Below, piece by piece: positions 42,386 to 56,002 of a DNA stretch of 64,000 nt (within the stretch, counting starts at the first letter, position 1; every line of letters starts with the position of its first letter). The stretch is from the NCBI GenBank assembly GCA_951406725.2, contig OX597842.1, forward strand, positions 10,292,001 through 10,356,000. Reading direction: 5' to 3'. Both the position numbers and the translations under genes were made by a program. Under the pieces are notes generated by a model. The model was not told where the DNA came from. It saw only the letters and a list, made by a program, of their open reading frames with translations, and made no database searches. This DNA is from Octopus vulgaris (Eukaryota).

Positions 42386-44132
42386 GTCTATCTGTCTGTC
42401 TATCTATATATCTATCCATCTATAAAGGGTGGTGAGCTGTCAGAATTGTTAGTACACCGGGCAAAATGCAGTGTTTCATCTGCCGTTACGTTCTGAGTTC
42501 AAACTCCACCAAAGTCGACTTTGCCTTTCATCTTTTCGGGGTCGATTAAATAAGTACCAGTTACGCACTGGGGTCGATGTAATCGACTTAAACCATTTGT
42601 CTGTCCTTGTTTGTCCCCTCTATGTTTAGCTCCTTGTGGGCAATAAAGAAATATATCTATCCATCCATCTATCCATCTATCTATCTATCTATCTAGCTAT
42701 CTATCTATCTATCTATCTATCTATGTATGTATCTATCTATATATCCATCTATCTATCTATATATCCATCTATCTATCTATATATCTATCTATCTGTTTCC
42801 CCTTTTGACATTTCTGTGATACACGATCCCAATTGATCAGCATTTATTTTTAATGATCCCTTTTGATCGAATTTCTACCCCATTTTCCTTTTTTTTCTTT
42901 TTCTTCTCTTCCCAAAAAGAAAAGCTCTACTTTGTATTTTGTCCCCTCTGTGTTCAGCCCAGTGTGGCCAATAAAGAAACATATCTATTTATCTATCTAT
43001 CTATCTATTAATTAATCAATCAATCAATGTATCTATCTATATATCTGCCTATGGATGTATGTATATATGTCTGTCTGTCTATTTGTTTGTCTATGAATGT
43101 ATGTATGTATGTATGTATCTATCTATCTACATACATACATATATATATGTACACACACACATATATATATACTTTAACCTTCTGTATTCTCATCCAAAAC
43201 ACATGTTTATATACACATACACACATTTGTATATACACATACATATATACACATTCACACACACACACATGCCAGACTACAAAAACAATCTCCTGCACCC
43301 TAACCCCTAACCCCTAATCCCTTACCCTCTCTCCTGTCACTCATCCAAAACAGAGCCAAGTATCAACATTTCCATAAGGTACACTTGAACAATCGTGAAC
43401 ACCTGAAACCATTGGTTGTCTTGTTAGCACACAAATAAAAGAATATATATATATATATAATAAAGATTGCGATGAAGCAGCATAAGCATTACCTTTAATT
43501 CACATTTACATATAAATATATCCCCAAACAGACCTACATATGTTTCAACCGCAAACTGGTAAATGTTTGGAGAAATCCCTTATTAATTACCTATATATGC
43601 ACACGCACAAATAAATGTAATTGTACTGTCATATAATAAACAGATGAAATTCAGAAACTTTCATGGCAAGTTAAACACCAGAGGCTTCAATAAGAAACAA
43701 ATAGTTGATAGAATATATTTACTGTCACCAACAATAAATATATGCAACAAATTCCATGTATATATATATATATATACATGCACATACAATATATATATAT
43801 AAAGCTGAAGTTGTCTGTGTGTGGCAGGTTTGGTAGCCTTCAACTTACACTATCTCCTCCGAGACCCTGCGGTGCAAGTTGACCAAAATTGAGAGTATGA
43901 TAGAAGAAGGCTTGCTCCAAAAATTATTTACATCAAAAAGGTGCTTTTTTTCTATGAAAATCCCTAGTTTTTTACGATTTTTTTACTGTTGTGTCATCAT
44001 TTTTCGGTGTATTTCAACCAGAAAAATGTTCACTTAAAGAGAATAACAAGCTACATAATGCAAAATATTTACTTTGCAAAAATTCCAATTCTAAAGGGTC
44101 GAAACAAACCCGAGCAACGCCAGGCGATACTG

Positions 44133-44200
<68 letters not shown>

Positions 44201-44495
44201 GAAATGAGGTACTCAGAAATTCGGATGGTTTTATATTTACAGATATTTATTTGTATATTACATGTTTTTATACATCATATATTATATATTAGCGCTTTCG
44301 GCCATTCTAGTGGGGTTTTTAATTTTAAAACCCCACTAGAATGGGAGAAAGCGCTAATATATATATGATATGTTATATGATGTATAAAAACATGTAATAT
44401 ACAAATAAATATCTGTAAATATAAAACCATCCGAATTTCTGAGTACCTCATTTCTTCTAATATAAAATACCTGTACATCATCTGCAAACCTTCCA

Positions 44496-44531
<36 letters not shown>

Positions 44532-44827
44532 ATATATACACATATATAAATAGTGTGTGTGAGAGAGAAGTGAGAGAATGACACCTACCTGGGCATAGGG
44601 GCCGGCACAAGCACATCCTCCCCTCGCTTGGATACCAAAGAGGTCGTTGAGTAAGACAGACACAAAGTTGTGGTGGAGGAACTTGCCCTTGGCGGGGACC
44701 CGGACGATGAACGAGAAAATGGGAAGACGTCGGGGCTCGGTCCTGCCCAAAAGCATCAGCTGTCGGTGTTTGAACGTCTGGAAGGCCCGACTGAAATTAG
44801 AGACAAACAAAAATAGTGGTAGTAGTT

Positions 44828-44868
<41 letters not shown>

Positions 44869-45083
44869 GGTGGTGGTGGTGGTAGTTGTAGTTAATCTGT
44901 GTCTGTCTGTTTGTCTCTCCCCAAAAATCTTTGCTCCAATCCCCATAAGTACCAAAATAAAATTTGGGATTTATGGAGGGTCAAAGATGGGAACGAAAAC
45001 AGGACAGTGGAGACATACAGGGAAACCGAACGAAAACAAACATAGAGGGTCATTAGACCAGAATGAGGGTAAAATAGCAAACG

Positions 45084-45180
<97 letters not shown>

Positions 45181-47265
45181 ACAAAGGGTAAAGTTAATTA
45201 ATTAAGGAGTAATCAATAATTTCACCAAGTAGAATTCGGCAAGAAAAAAAGGACCATTTCACGGTAAACTTAAGTAATACTTAATAATTAGGGTCCAGCA
45301 AAGATTTGCTTTACCACATATCGAAGTTTAGAAATAGCAGCCAAAAAACCTTAGCTATTTCTTCTACTTTAAAAAGGGACTCCCAGAAAAACCCAAATAC
45401 TTGAAAACAATCCACACAGGCAGAGAGGAACGGTAACGAAAATCAATCAATATCTGGTCACCCATGGACCAATAGCTAAGGTTTTTTGGTCACCAATAGC
45501 CAAGGTTTTTTGGTCACCAATAGCCAAGGTTTTTTGGTCACCAATAGCCAAGGTTTTTTGGTCACTAATAGCCAAGGTTTTTTGGTCACTAATAGCTAAG
45601 GTTTTTTGGTCACCAATAGCGAAGGTTTTTTGGTCACCAATAGCTAAGGTTTTTTGGTCACCAATAGCTAAGGTTTTTTGGTCACCAATAGCTAAGGTTT
45701 TTTGGTCACCAATAGCCAAGGTTTTTTGGTCACCAATAGCTAAGGTTTTTTGGTCACCAATAGCTAAGGTTTTTTGGTCACCAATAGCCAAGGTTTTTTG
45801 GTCACTAATAGCCAAGGTTTTTTGGTCACCAATAGCTAAGGTTTTTTGGTCACCAATAGCTAAGGTTTTTTGGTCACCAATAGCTAAGGTTTTTTGGTCA
45901 CCAATAGCTAAGGTTTTTTGGTCACCAATAGCCAAGGTTTTTTGGTCACCAATAGCTAAGGTTTTTTGGTCACCAATAGCTAAGGTTTTTTGGTCACCAA
46001 TAGCTAAGGTTTTTTGGTCACCAATAGCTAAGGTTTTTTGGTCACCAATAGCCAAGGTTTTTTGGTCACCAATAGCTAAGGTTTTTTGGTCACCAATAGC
46101 TAAGGTTTTTTGGTCACCAATAGCTAAGGTTTTTTGGTCACCAATAGCCAAGGTTTTTTGGTCACCAATAGCTAAGGTTTTTTGGTCACCAATAGCCAAG
46201 GTTTTTTGGCTGCTATTTCTAAACTTCGGTATGTGGTAAAGCAAATCTTTGCTGAACCCTATTTATTAAGTATTACTTAAGTTTACCGTGAAATGGTCCT
46301 TTTTTTTCATGCCGAATTCTACTTGGTGAAATTATTGATTACTTCTTAATTAATTAATTTTACCCTTTGTTATTATATACATATATATATATATATACAC
46401 GCGGTCACACACACATGCCACTACTACAACAATCTCAACAAAAAGAAGGAAAAGACAACAACAACAGCAAAGTACTTACGCACACAGCTCTTCGTCTCTC
46501 TTTGCTATCAGATCCATCCCGATTTCCTGTGTGGAAATGAAAAAAAAACACAAATAAACATGTGTATATATATATATGAATGTATGCATGAGTCTGTGTA
46601 TATATAGATATAGATATCTATCTATCTATCTATATATATATGTATATATATACACACACATGAAGGCGCATGGCTCAGTGGTTAGAGCGTCGAGCTTACG
46701 ATCGTGAGGTTGTGAGCTCGAATCCCGGACCGGGCTGCGTGTTGTGTTCTTGAGCAAGGCACTTTATTTCACGTTGCTCCAGTTCACTCAGCTGTAGAAA
46801 TGAGTTGCGACATCACTGGTGCCAAGCTGTATCGGCCCTTGCCTTTCCCTTGGATAACACTGGTGGCGTGGAGAGGGGAGGCTGGTATGCATGGGCGACT
46901 GCTGGTCTTCCATAAACAACCTTGCCCGGACTTGTGTCTAGGAGGGTAACTTTCTAGGTGCAATCCCATGGTCATTCATGACCGAAGGGGGTCTTTACTT
47001 TTATACACACACACTCATATATGATCATAGATATATACATACATGTATGTATATATGTACATATATATATATGTATATATCCCTCTCTCTCTTTCGGAGA
47101 GGCACTGAGCAGCTATACGCACACATACACACACGGCAGTAACTTCCGCCTACTGAATTCAATCACAAAGCTTTGGTCGACTCGGGGCTATAGTAGAAGA
47201 CACTTGCCCAAGGTGCCACGCAATGGGACTGAACCCGAAACCATGTAGCTAGGAAGCAAGCTCCC

Positions 47266-47298
<33 letters not shown>

Positions 47299-47686
47299 GT
47301 ATAATATATATATATATATATTCATATATATGCTTGTATATGTGTGTGTATATAAGTATATACATACACACACATACATATATATACATATATTTATCGG
47401 TCAAGTGTGTAGAACAATAGATTTTGAATTGCTAAGTGCATCTTGAGCTGTGTACGTGATGCGTGCGTGCCGAAAAGAGAGAAAGAGAGAGAGAGAGAGT
47501 GAAAGGAAGGAGGGGAAGAGAAAGAGTGAGAAAGAAATTTGTTGTAGTGATGACAATGAAGATGATGACGATGGTGGTGGTGGTGATGATGATGATGGTG
47601 GTGGTGGTGGTGATGATGGTGGTGGTGGTGGTGATGATGATCATGGTGAGGATGATGTTGATGGTGATGATAGTGGTGATGGTGGG

Positions 47687-47719
<33 letters not shown>

Positions 47720-48776
47720 GGTGGTATGATGATGATGATGATGATGATAGTGGTGATGGTGGGGATGATGATGATGATGATGGTGATGGTGGTGGTGGTG
47801 GTGGTATGATGATGATGATGATGATGATAGTGGTGATGGTGGGGATGATGATGATGATGGTGGTGATGATGGTGGTGATGGTGGTGATGATGATGATGAT
47901 GATGGTGATGGTGGTAATTGTGATGATGATGATAGTGGTGATGGTGGTGATGATGATGGTGATGATGATGATGATGATGAGGGTGGTGGTAGTGGTGGTA
48001 GTGGGAGGGGTGATAATGATGATGGTGATGATGGTGGTGGTGATGATGATGATGATGGTTCCCCGTGCCAAACCATGTGGTTACCTCCTTCAGTTTAAAG
48101 ATCAGTCCTGCTCTGATAGACTCGATGATGGCCGGCGTCCCTCCTTCTTCTCGACTCTCTATGTCCTTCACGTACAGGTGGCTGTCGCGGGTCACCTGAG
48201 CAAAAACACAAAATAAAAAGCAATTGTATATACACACATATATATACATGTATATACATGCACACATTCATATATATATATACATACATACATACATATC
48301 TCTACATATAAATATATATATATAAACATACATATATATATATATATATATATTAATAGTTATCGCCAAACTAATATGGCAGTCCATAAATATAAGACTA
48401 AAGCTGTTGCTGATTAGCTCCAAGAGGCCATCGGCTCTAGCTAGCTATATGACACACGAACCTGCGTCCATTACAACCTTTGAATAGGGGAGGTCAGCCG
48501 CTTCACCTTGCTGGTCAGACATCTGAAACATGTCTGCAGATGTCTGACCAGCAAGGTGAAGCGGCTGACCTCCCCTATTCAAAGGTTGTAATGGACGCAG
48601 GTTCGTGTGTCAAATAGCTAGCTTGAGGTGGTGGCCTCTTGGAGCTAATCAGCAACAGCTTTAGTCTTATATTTATAAGACTACCATATTAGTATGGCGA
48701 TAACTATTAATATCCAGTAACGCTGCCGTAATCTCCTTTAGAGAGACTTAGTAATTTTAATATTTCTATTATATAT

Positions 48777-48855
<79 letters not shown>

Positions 48856-51800
48856 AATATATATATATATATATTTCGCTAGGTATGTTGGTTATGTTTA
48901 TTTATGATGTGTTGAGAATCTGTTCTACTGATGAACAAAAGACGTATTTAATACGTTAATTGCGAAATCACAGGTGATATAGAACTAAATTCAGTTTTTT
49001 AAATGTCTTGCTTCGAGAGCTGCATTCGGTATGATTAGTTAAATTTTGGTAGTAATGACTTATGTCCCTCTTAGCGTGTGGCATTTATGTGTAATAATGC
49101 CCTCTATACAATATAAATAAATATTTTCAAGTGTAAAATTATTTTCGGATTTTTTCTCTTATGAGGTTTTTCACGCTAACTACCTGATAATTTCTTGTTA
49201 AGATTCCTTATTAAGATTTTATCCTTAATTGTTATATATACAAATATATATATATATATATGCACACACACACAAATATATATATATATAGATACATGAG
49301 CATTTATATACACACATACATTCATACACAAATACGAGTGAGTGTATATAAACATTATACATACATATAACACAGTTCCTCCACCAACATTTGTTGGGAC
49401 AGGATTCCTAAACATTTTCTTCTTGGCAATCAACAGACCTGTAACATAGACACAGTATAGGTAGTAGTAGGCAGTGGTAGACTGTGTGTGTGGTATAGTA
49501 TAGGCAGTAGTAGGCAGTGGTGGTGTGTGTGTGTGGTATAGTATAGGTAGTATTAGGCAGTGGTAGAGTGTGTGTATGGTATAGTATAAGTAGTAGTAGG
49601 CAGTGGTAGTGTGTGTGTATGGTATAGTATAGGTAGTAGTAGGCAGTATTAGTGTGTGTGTATGTTATAGTATAAGTAGTAGTAGGTAGTGGTAGTGCGT
49701 GTGTATGGTATAGTATAAGTGGTAGCAGGCAGTGGTAGTGTGTGTGTATGGTATAGTATAGGTAGTAGTAGGCAGTGGTAGTGTGTGTGTGTGGGATAGT
49801 ATAGGTAGCATAGATTGTAGTACAGATGGTAGTGGTGGCATATGTGTGCAGTATAGGCTGTAGTAGACAGGGTGGTGAAGGTGGTGGATTATAGTGGTGG
49901 TGGTAGTGTTAATATAGTATAGGCTGTAGCAGACGGGGTGGTAATGGTGTGAGTAGCATAGGTTGTAGTAGAGATGGTAGTGATGGTGTGTCTGTGGAGT
50001 ATAGGCTGTAGTAGACAAATGATAGTGGTGGTGGTAGTGGTGAGTAGTATAGGCTGTGGTAGAAAGAGTTGTGATGGTGGTGGTTTATAAGATATGCTGT
50101 AGTACTTGATGTCTTTGTGTGTATACAGTATAGGCTCTAGTAGACAAGTGGTGTGTAGTTTAAATTGCAGTAGATAGAATAGCGATGGTGATAGCGGTGA
50201 GTATGTTGTATAGGCTGTAGTAGATGGAGTGGTGCGTGCATAGCAGGGGTGACGGGGGTGAAATGGTTGTATTGTAGTAGTGTGTATGTAGTAGTTGTAG
50301 TGGTGTTGGTGGTGTGTGAGTGTTGTGGCTGTAGCGCAGATGAATAACAGTGAAGTGTTGCTTACCTGGAGTGCCCGGTCCACCGAGGAATTTGTGAGGA
50401 CTCAGGAATACAGCATCTTTTGTACTGGAGGTAGAAAAATGGAGAGTGAGTGAGGGAGGGAGATTGAGTGTGAGTGAGAGATTGAGTGTGAGCGAGGGAG
50501 ACTGAGTGAGTGTGAGCGAGGGAGACTGAGTGAGTGTGAGCGAGGGAGAGAGATTAAATGTTAGTGAGGGATAGATTGAGTGTGAGAGAAAGAGAGACTG
50601 AGTGTGAGTGAGAGAGATTGAGTGAGAGGAAGAGAGACTGAGTGTGAGTGAAGGTGAGAGACTGAGTGTTAGTGAGGGAGATAGATTGGGCATGAGTGAG
50701 AGAGAAATTGAGTGTGAGAGATTGAGTGTGAGTGTGAGAAAGAGATTGAGTGTGAATGAGAGAAACTGAGTATAAGAGAGAGACTGATTGCGAGCATGAG
50801 TATAAGTGAAAGAGATTAAGTGTGAGTGGAAAAGATTGAGTGTGAGTGAGAGAGAGATTGAATGTGAGTGATACTGAGTGTGAGTGAGAGAAAGAGACTA
50901 AGTATGAGAGAGGGATTGAGTGAGAGAGAGAGAGACTGAGTGTGAGAGAAAGAGATTGAGAGTGAGGGAGACTGAGTGTGAGCTGAGTGAACTGGAGCAA
51001 CGTGAAATAAAGTGTCTTGCTCAAGAACACAACACACAGCTCAGTCTGGGAATCAAACACTACATCGTGATTGTGAGTCTGAAACCCTAACCACTGAGCC
51101 ATGTGCTGACTGGTTGAGCTATTCAGTGATGTGTTACAAACTTTGTTACAGTTCAAATATGTTTGTGGACATATTTGGACTTGTATGAAAGCTGTTCACT
51201 GTATCTGGAATCAAAGAGACTCATGATCCTGGAATCAAACAGATTTATGATCCTGGAATCAAATGGATTTATGATCCTGGAATCAGATTTATGATCCTGG
51301 AATCAAACAGATTTATGATACAGGAATCAAATGGATTTATGATCCTGGAATCAAATGGATTTATGATCCTGGAATCAAATAGGTTTATGATCCTGGAATT
51401 AAACAGATTTATGATACAGGAATCAAACAAACTTATGATCCTGGATTCAAATGGATTCATGATCCTGGAATCAAATGGATTTATGATCCTGGAATTAAAC
51501 AGATTTATGATCCTGGAATCAAATGGATTTATGATCCTGGAATCAAACAGATTTATGATCCTGGAATCAAACAGATTTATGATACAAGAATCAAACAGAT
51601 TTATGATACAGGAATCAAACAGACTTATGATCCTGGAATCAAATGGACTCATGACTCTGGAATCAAACAGATTTATGATCCTGGAATCAAACAGATTTAT
51701 GATCCTGGAATCAAATGAATTTATGATCCTGGAATCAAACAAACTTATGATCCTGGAATCAAATGAATTTATGATCCTGGAATCAATCCTGGAATCAAAT

Positions 51801-54800
51801 GAATTTATGATCCTGGAATCAAACAAACTTATGATCCTGGAATCAAATGAATTTATGATCCTGGAATCAATCCTGGAATCAAATGAATTTATGATCCTGG
51901 AATCAAACAAACTTATGATCCTGGAATCAAATGGATTTATGATCCTGGAATCAAACGAACTTACAATCCTGGAATCAAACAAACAGTATCATTATTATTA
52001 TCATATATATAGTAAGAACATTGGTACTTACGCATCAGGAGCTGGATTCATATCGATCTTCAGGTAAGGACCTAGATGAATGAATAAATAAATAATGATA
52101 ATATTGGTTTTTGAAATTTTGGCACGGGGTCAGTAGTTGTTGAGGGGAGGGGGTAAGTTGATTACAATGACCCCAGTACTTGACTGGTATTAATTTTATT
52201 GACCCCGAAAGAATGGAAGGCAAAGTTGACAAAATGAATGAACTGTCCAGTGTGTTAATGATTCTGCCATAAATAATAATAAGAATAATAACAATAATAA
52301 TAATTATAATGGTTTCAAATTTTTGGTACAAGACATAAAATTTTGAGGGGAGGGTGCACGTCAATTACATTGATGGCTTACCCCAAGTATGCAACTGGTA
52401 TGTATTTTAATGATCCCCAAGAAAGATGGAAGGCAAAAAAAAACAGCACCACATCCACCACCACCACCACCACCACTACCCCAGCAGTCCCACCACCACC
52501 CAGCCGTACTGCTATCACCACTACCCCAGCAGTCCCACCATCACCACGACAACCACAACCACACAGCTGTCCCACTATCACCACCACCACCACCACCACT
52601 ACCTCAGCAGACCCACTATCACCATGACAACACCCAAACATCCCATTATCACCACCACCCACCACCCCAGCAGTCCCACTATCACCATGACAACACCCAA
52701 ACATCCCACTATCACCACCACTACCCCAGCAGTCCCACTATCACCATGACAACACCCAAACATCCCACTATCACCACCACCACCCCAGCAGTCCCACTAT
52801 CACCATGACAACACCCAAACATCCCACTATCACCACCACCACTACCCCAGCAGTCCCACTATCACCATGACAACACCCAAACATCCCACTATCCCCACCA
52901 CTACCCCAGCAGTCCTACTATCACCACTACTACCCCAGCCATCCCACCACCACCACTATCATCACTACCCCTGTGGACCCACTATCACCACCATCACCCT
53001 CACCACCACCACGATCACAACCACCCCGACCACGACCACCACCACTCCAGCAGGCCCACTACTACCACCACGACCACGGCCACGACCACCACCATCACCA
53101 CTACCTCAACTGACCCTCTATCACCACCACCACATCAGCAGTCCAACTATCACCACCACCACCACCACCACCACCACCACCACCGCTACCCCCATCATCA
53201 CCCCTTGGCCCCTACCTACCTGCAGATGCAAAGTCCCAGAAGCTGTAGGCCTTGTACTTGTGCACCATCCTGGCGATGGCCACCGTGTCTGTGATGATCC
53301 CAGTCACATTACTGGCAGCCGAGAAGGCCGTGATGATCTGGTAGTTTCTCTCACTGAACGACTGCGGGGAAGAAGACAAGAGTGCGAGTGTGAGCGTGAG
53401 TGTGAGTGGAGGGCGGGAGTGGAGTGTGGGTGAAACGGTGTGTGTGTGTGTAAGTGTGAATGCGAGGGAGAGATTTTGCAATAAGGATTGTGGGTTTGAG
53501 AGTGGATGTGATGCGATGTGAGTGTGAGTGGAGTGTGGGTGAGTGTGAGTGGAGGGCATGAGTGGAGTGTGGGTGAAACGGTGTGTGCGTAAGTGCGAAT
53601 GCGAGGGAGAGATTTTGCAATAAGGATTGTGGGTTTGAGAGTGGATGTGTTGCGATGTGAGTGTGAGTGAAGTGTGGGTGAGTGTGAGTGGAGTGTGTGA
53701 GTTGAGCATGGGAGTTTGCATTTTGGAATCATAGGCTTGAGAGTGGATGTATGACGATTTGATTATGAGTGCAATTGTGAGTGTGAGTGGAGGGCATGAG
53801 TGGAGTGTGGGTGAAACGGTGTGTGCGTAAGTGTGAATGCGAGGGAGAGATTTTTCAATAAGGATTGTGGGTTTGAGAGTGGATGTGTTGCGATGTGAGT
53901 GTGAGTGAAGTGTGGGTGAGTGTGAGTGGAGTGTGTGAGTTGAGCATGGGAGTTTGCATTTTGGAATCGTAGGCTTGACAGTGGATGTATGACGATTTGA
54001 TTATGAGTGCAATTGTGAGTGTGAGTGGAGGGCATGAGTGGAGTGTGGGTGAAACGGTGTGTGCGTAAGTGTGAATGCGAGGGAGAGATTTTGCAATAAG
54101 GATTGTGGGTTTGAGGGTGGATGTGATGCGATGTGAGTGAGTGAAATGTGGGTGAGTGTGAGTGGAGTGTGGGTGAAACGGTGTGTGCGTAAGTGTGTAG
54201 GTGAGGGAGAGAATTTCAATAAGGATTGTGGGTTTGAGAGTGGATGTGATGCAATGTGAGTGTGAGTGAAGTGTGTGAGTTGAGTATGGGAGTTTGCATT
54301 TTGGGAATGAGTGGCTGAGTAAGGATCATAGGTTTGAGAGTGGATGTATGACAATTTGATTATGAGTGCAAGTGTAAGTGTGAGTGGAGGGCATGAGTAG
54401 GTGTGAGTGAAACTGTGCAGATGTGAGGGAGAGCTTTTCAATATGGAATATGGGCTTGAGAGAGGAATGATGATCTGATTGAGTGTGAGTGTGAGTGAAG
54501 TGGGATGTGCGTGAGTGGAGTGTGGGTGTTTGCATTTTGTGCTTTAATAAGGATGTGGCTGTGAGTGAAAGGTGTGAGTGTAAGTGAAAAGGTTGAGTGT
54601 GAATGAAAGGGTTGAGTGTGAGTAAAATGGTTGAGTGTGTAAGTGAAGGGATTGAATGTAAATGAAAGGAGCGAGTGTGAGTGAAAGGAGTGAGTGTAAG
54701 TGAAAGAGTTGAGTGTGAATGAAAGGAGTGAGTGTGAGTAAAAGGGTTGAATGTGAGTGGAAAGATTGAGTATGAGTGAAAGGTGTGATTGTAAGTGAAA

Positions 54801-55293
54801 AGGTTGACTGTGAGTGAAAGGAGTGAGTGAGTGAAATGGTATGAATGTGAAGAAGTGTGTGGCTTAATGGAGGTGAGTGCAAATGAAAGAAAGAGTGTAA
54901 GGAAGTGAGAGAGAGAGAGAGAGTAAGAGTGAGGAGAGCATGTGAGATAGAGAGTCTAAGTGCAAATGAACGTGTCAGAAACAGAGAGAGACATACAGAC
55001 AGACAGACAATGAGAGTGAAAATGAAAGAAAGGGTGTGAGTGGCGAAAGAGAGATGGAGAGGGGGGAGAGAAAGGGGAAGCATGTGAGGAAAAGATTATG
55101 AGAGCAAATGAGAGAGAGAGAGAGTGGGGTGGGGGCTGAGTGAGTGTATGAGTGTAGGTGGGGTAAGCCGGAGAGGACCTTACCTTGAGGAGTTCCTCTA
55201 AGTTGTCCTTGTCAATACATCCACGCGTATCTTCACGAATTCGACGAATCTGACAAAGAGAAACAAGACATAAACAGATATTGTATACTTATC

Positions 55294-55333
<40 letters not shown>

Positions 55334-55969
55334 GGCGCAGGAGTGGCTGTGTGGTAAGTAGCTTGCTAACCAACCACATGGTTCCGGGTTCAGTCCCACT
55401 GCGTGTCATCTTCGGCAAGTGTCTTCTGCTATAGCCCCGGGCTGACCAAAGCCTTGTGAGTGGATTTGGTAGACGGACACTGAAAGAAGCTTGTCGTATA
55501 TATGTATATATATATATATGTGTGTGTGTGTGTTTGTGTTTGTTCCTCTAGCATTGCTTGACAACCGATGCTGGTGTGTTTACGTCCCCGTAACTTAGCG
55601 GTTTGGCAAAAGCGACCGATAGAATAAGTCCTAGGCTTACAAAGAATAAGTCCCGGGGTTGATTTGCTCGACTAAAGGCGGTGCTCCAGCATGGCCACAG
55701 TCAAATGACTGAAACAAGTAAAAGAGTAAAGAGTATATATATATATGTATATGTATATATATATATATGTGCAGGTGGCACGTAAAAAGCACCCACTACA
55801 CTCACGGAGTGGTTGGCGTTAGGAAGGGCATCCAGCTGTAGAAACACTGCCAGATAAGACTGGAGCCTGGTGCAGCCTTCTGGCTTCCCAGATCCCTCGG
55901 TCGAACCGTCCAACCCATGCTAGCATGGAGAACGGACGTTAAACGATGATGATGATGATGATGATGATA

Positions 55970-56002
<33 letters not shown>

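Noticed and set aside
45469-46208. CRISPR-like arrays (also 51205-51985 and 57603-58175) and their repeat-peptide ORFs
   Set aside because: Contiguous tandem units without unique spacers, no cas genes, and a eukaryotic intron context.
46662-46735. tRNA gene (also 62670-62740 and 34465-34535)
   Set aside because: A and B boxes are present, but there is no proper acceptor stem and the sequence continues into SINE bodies.
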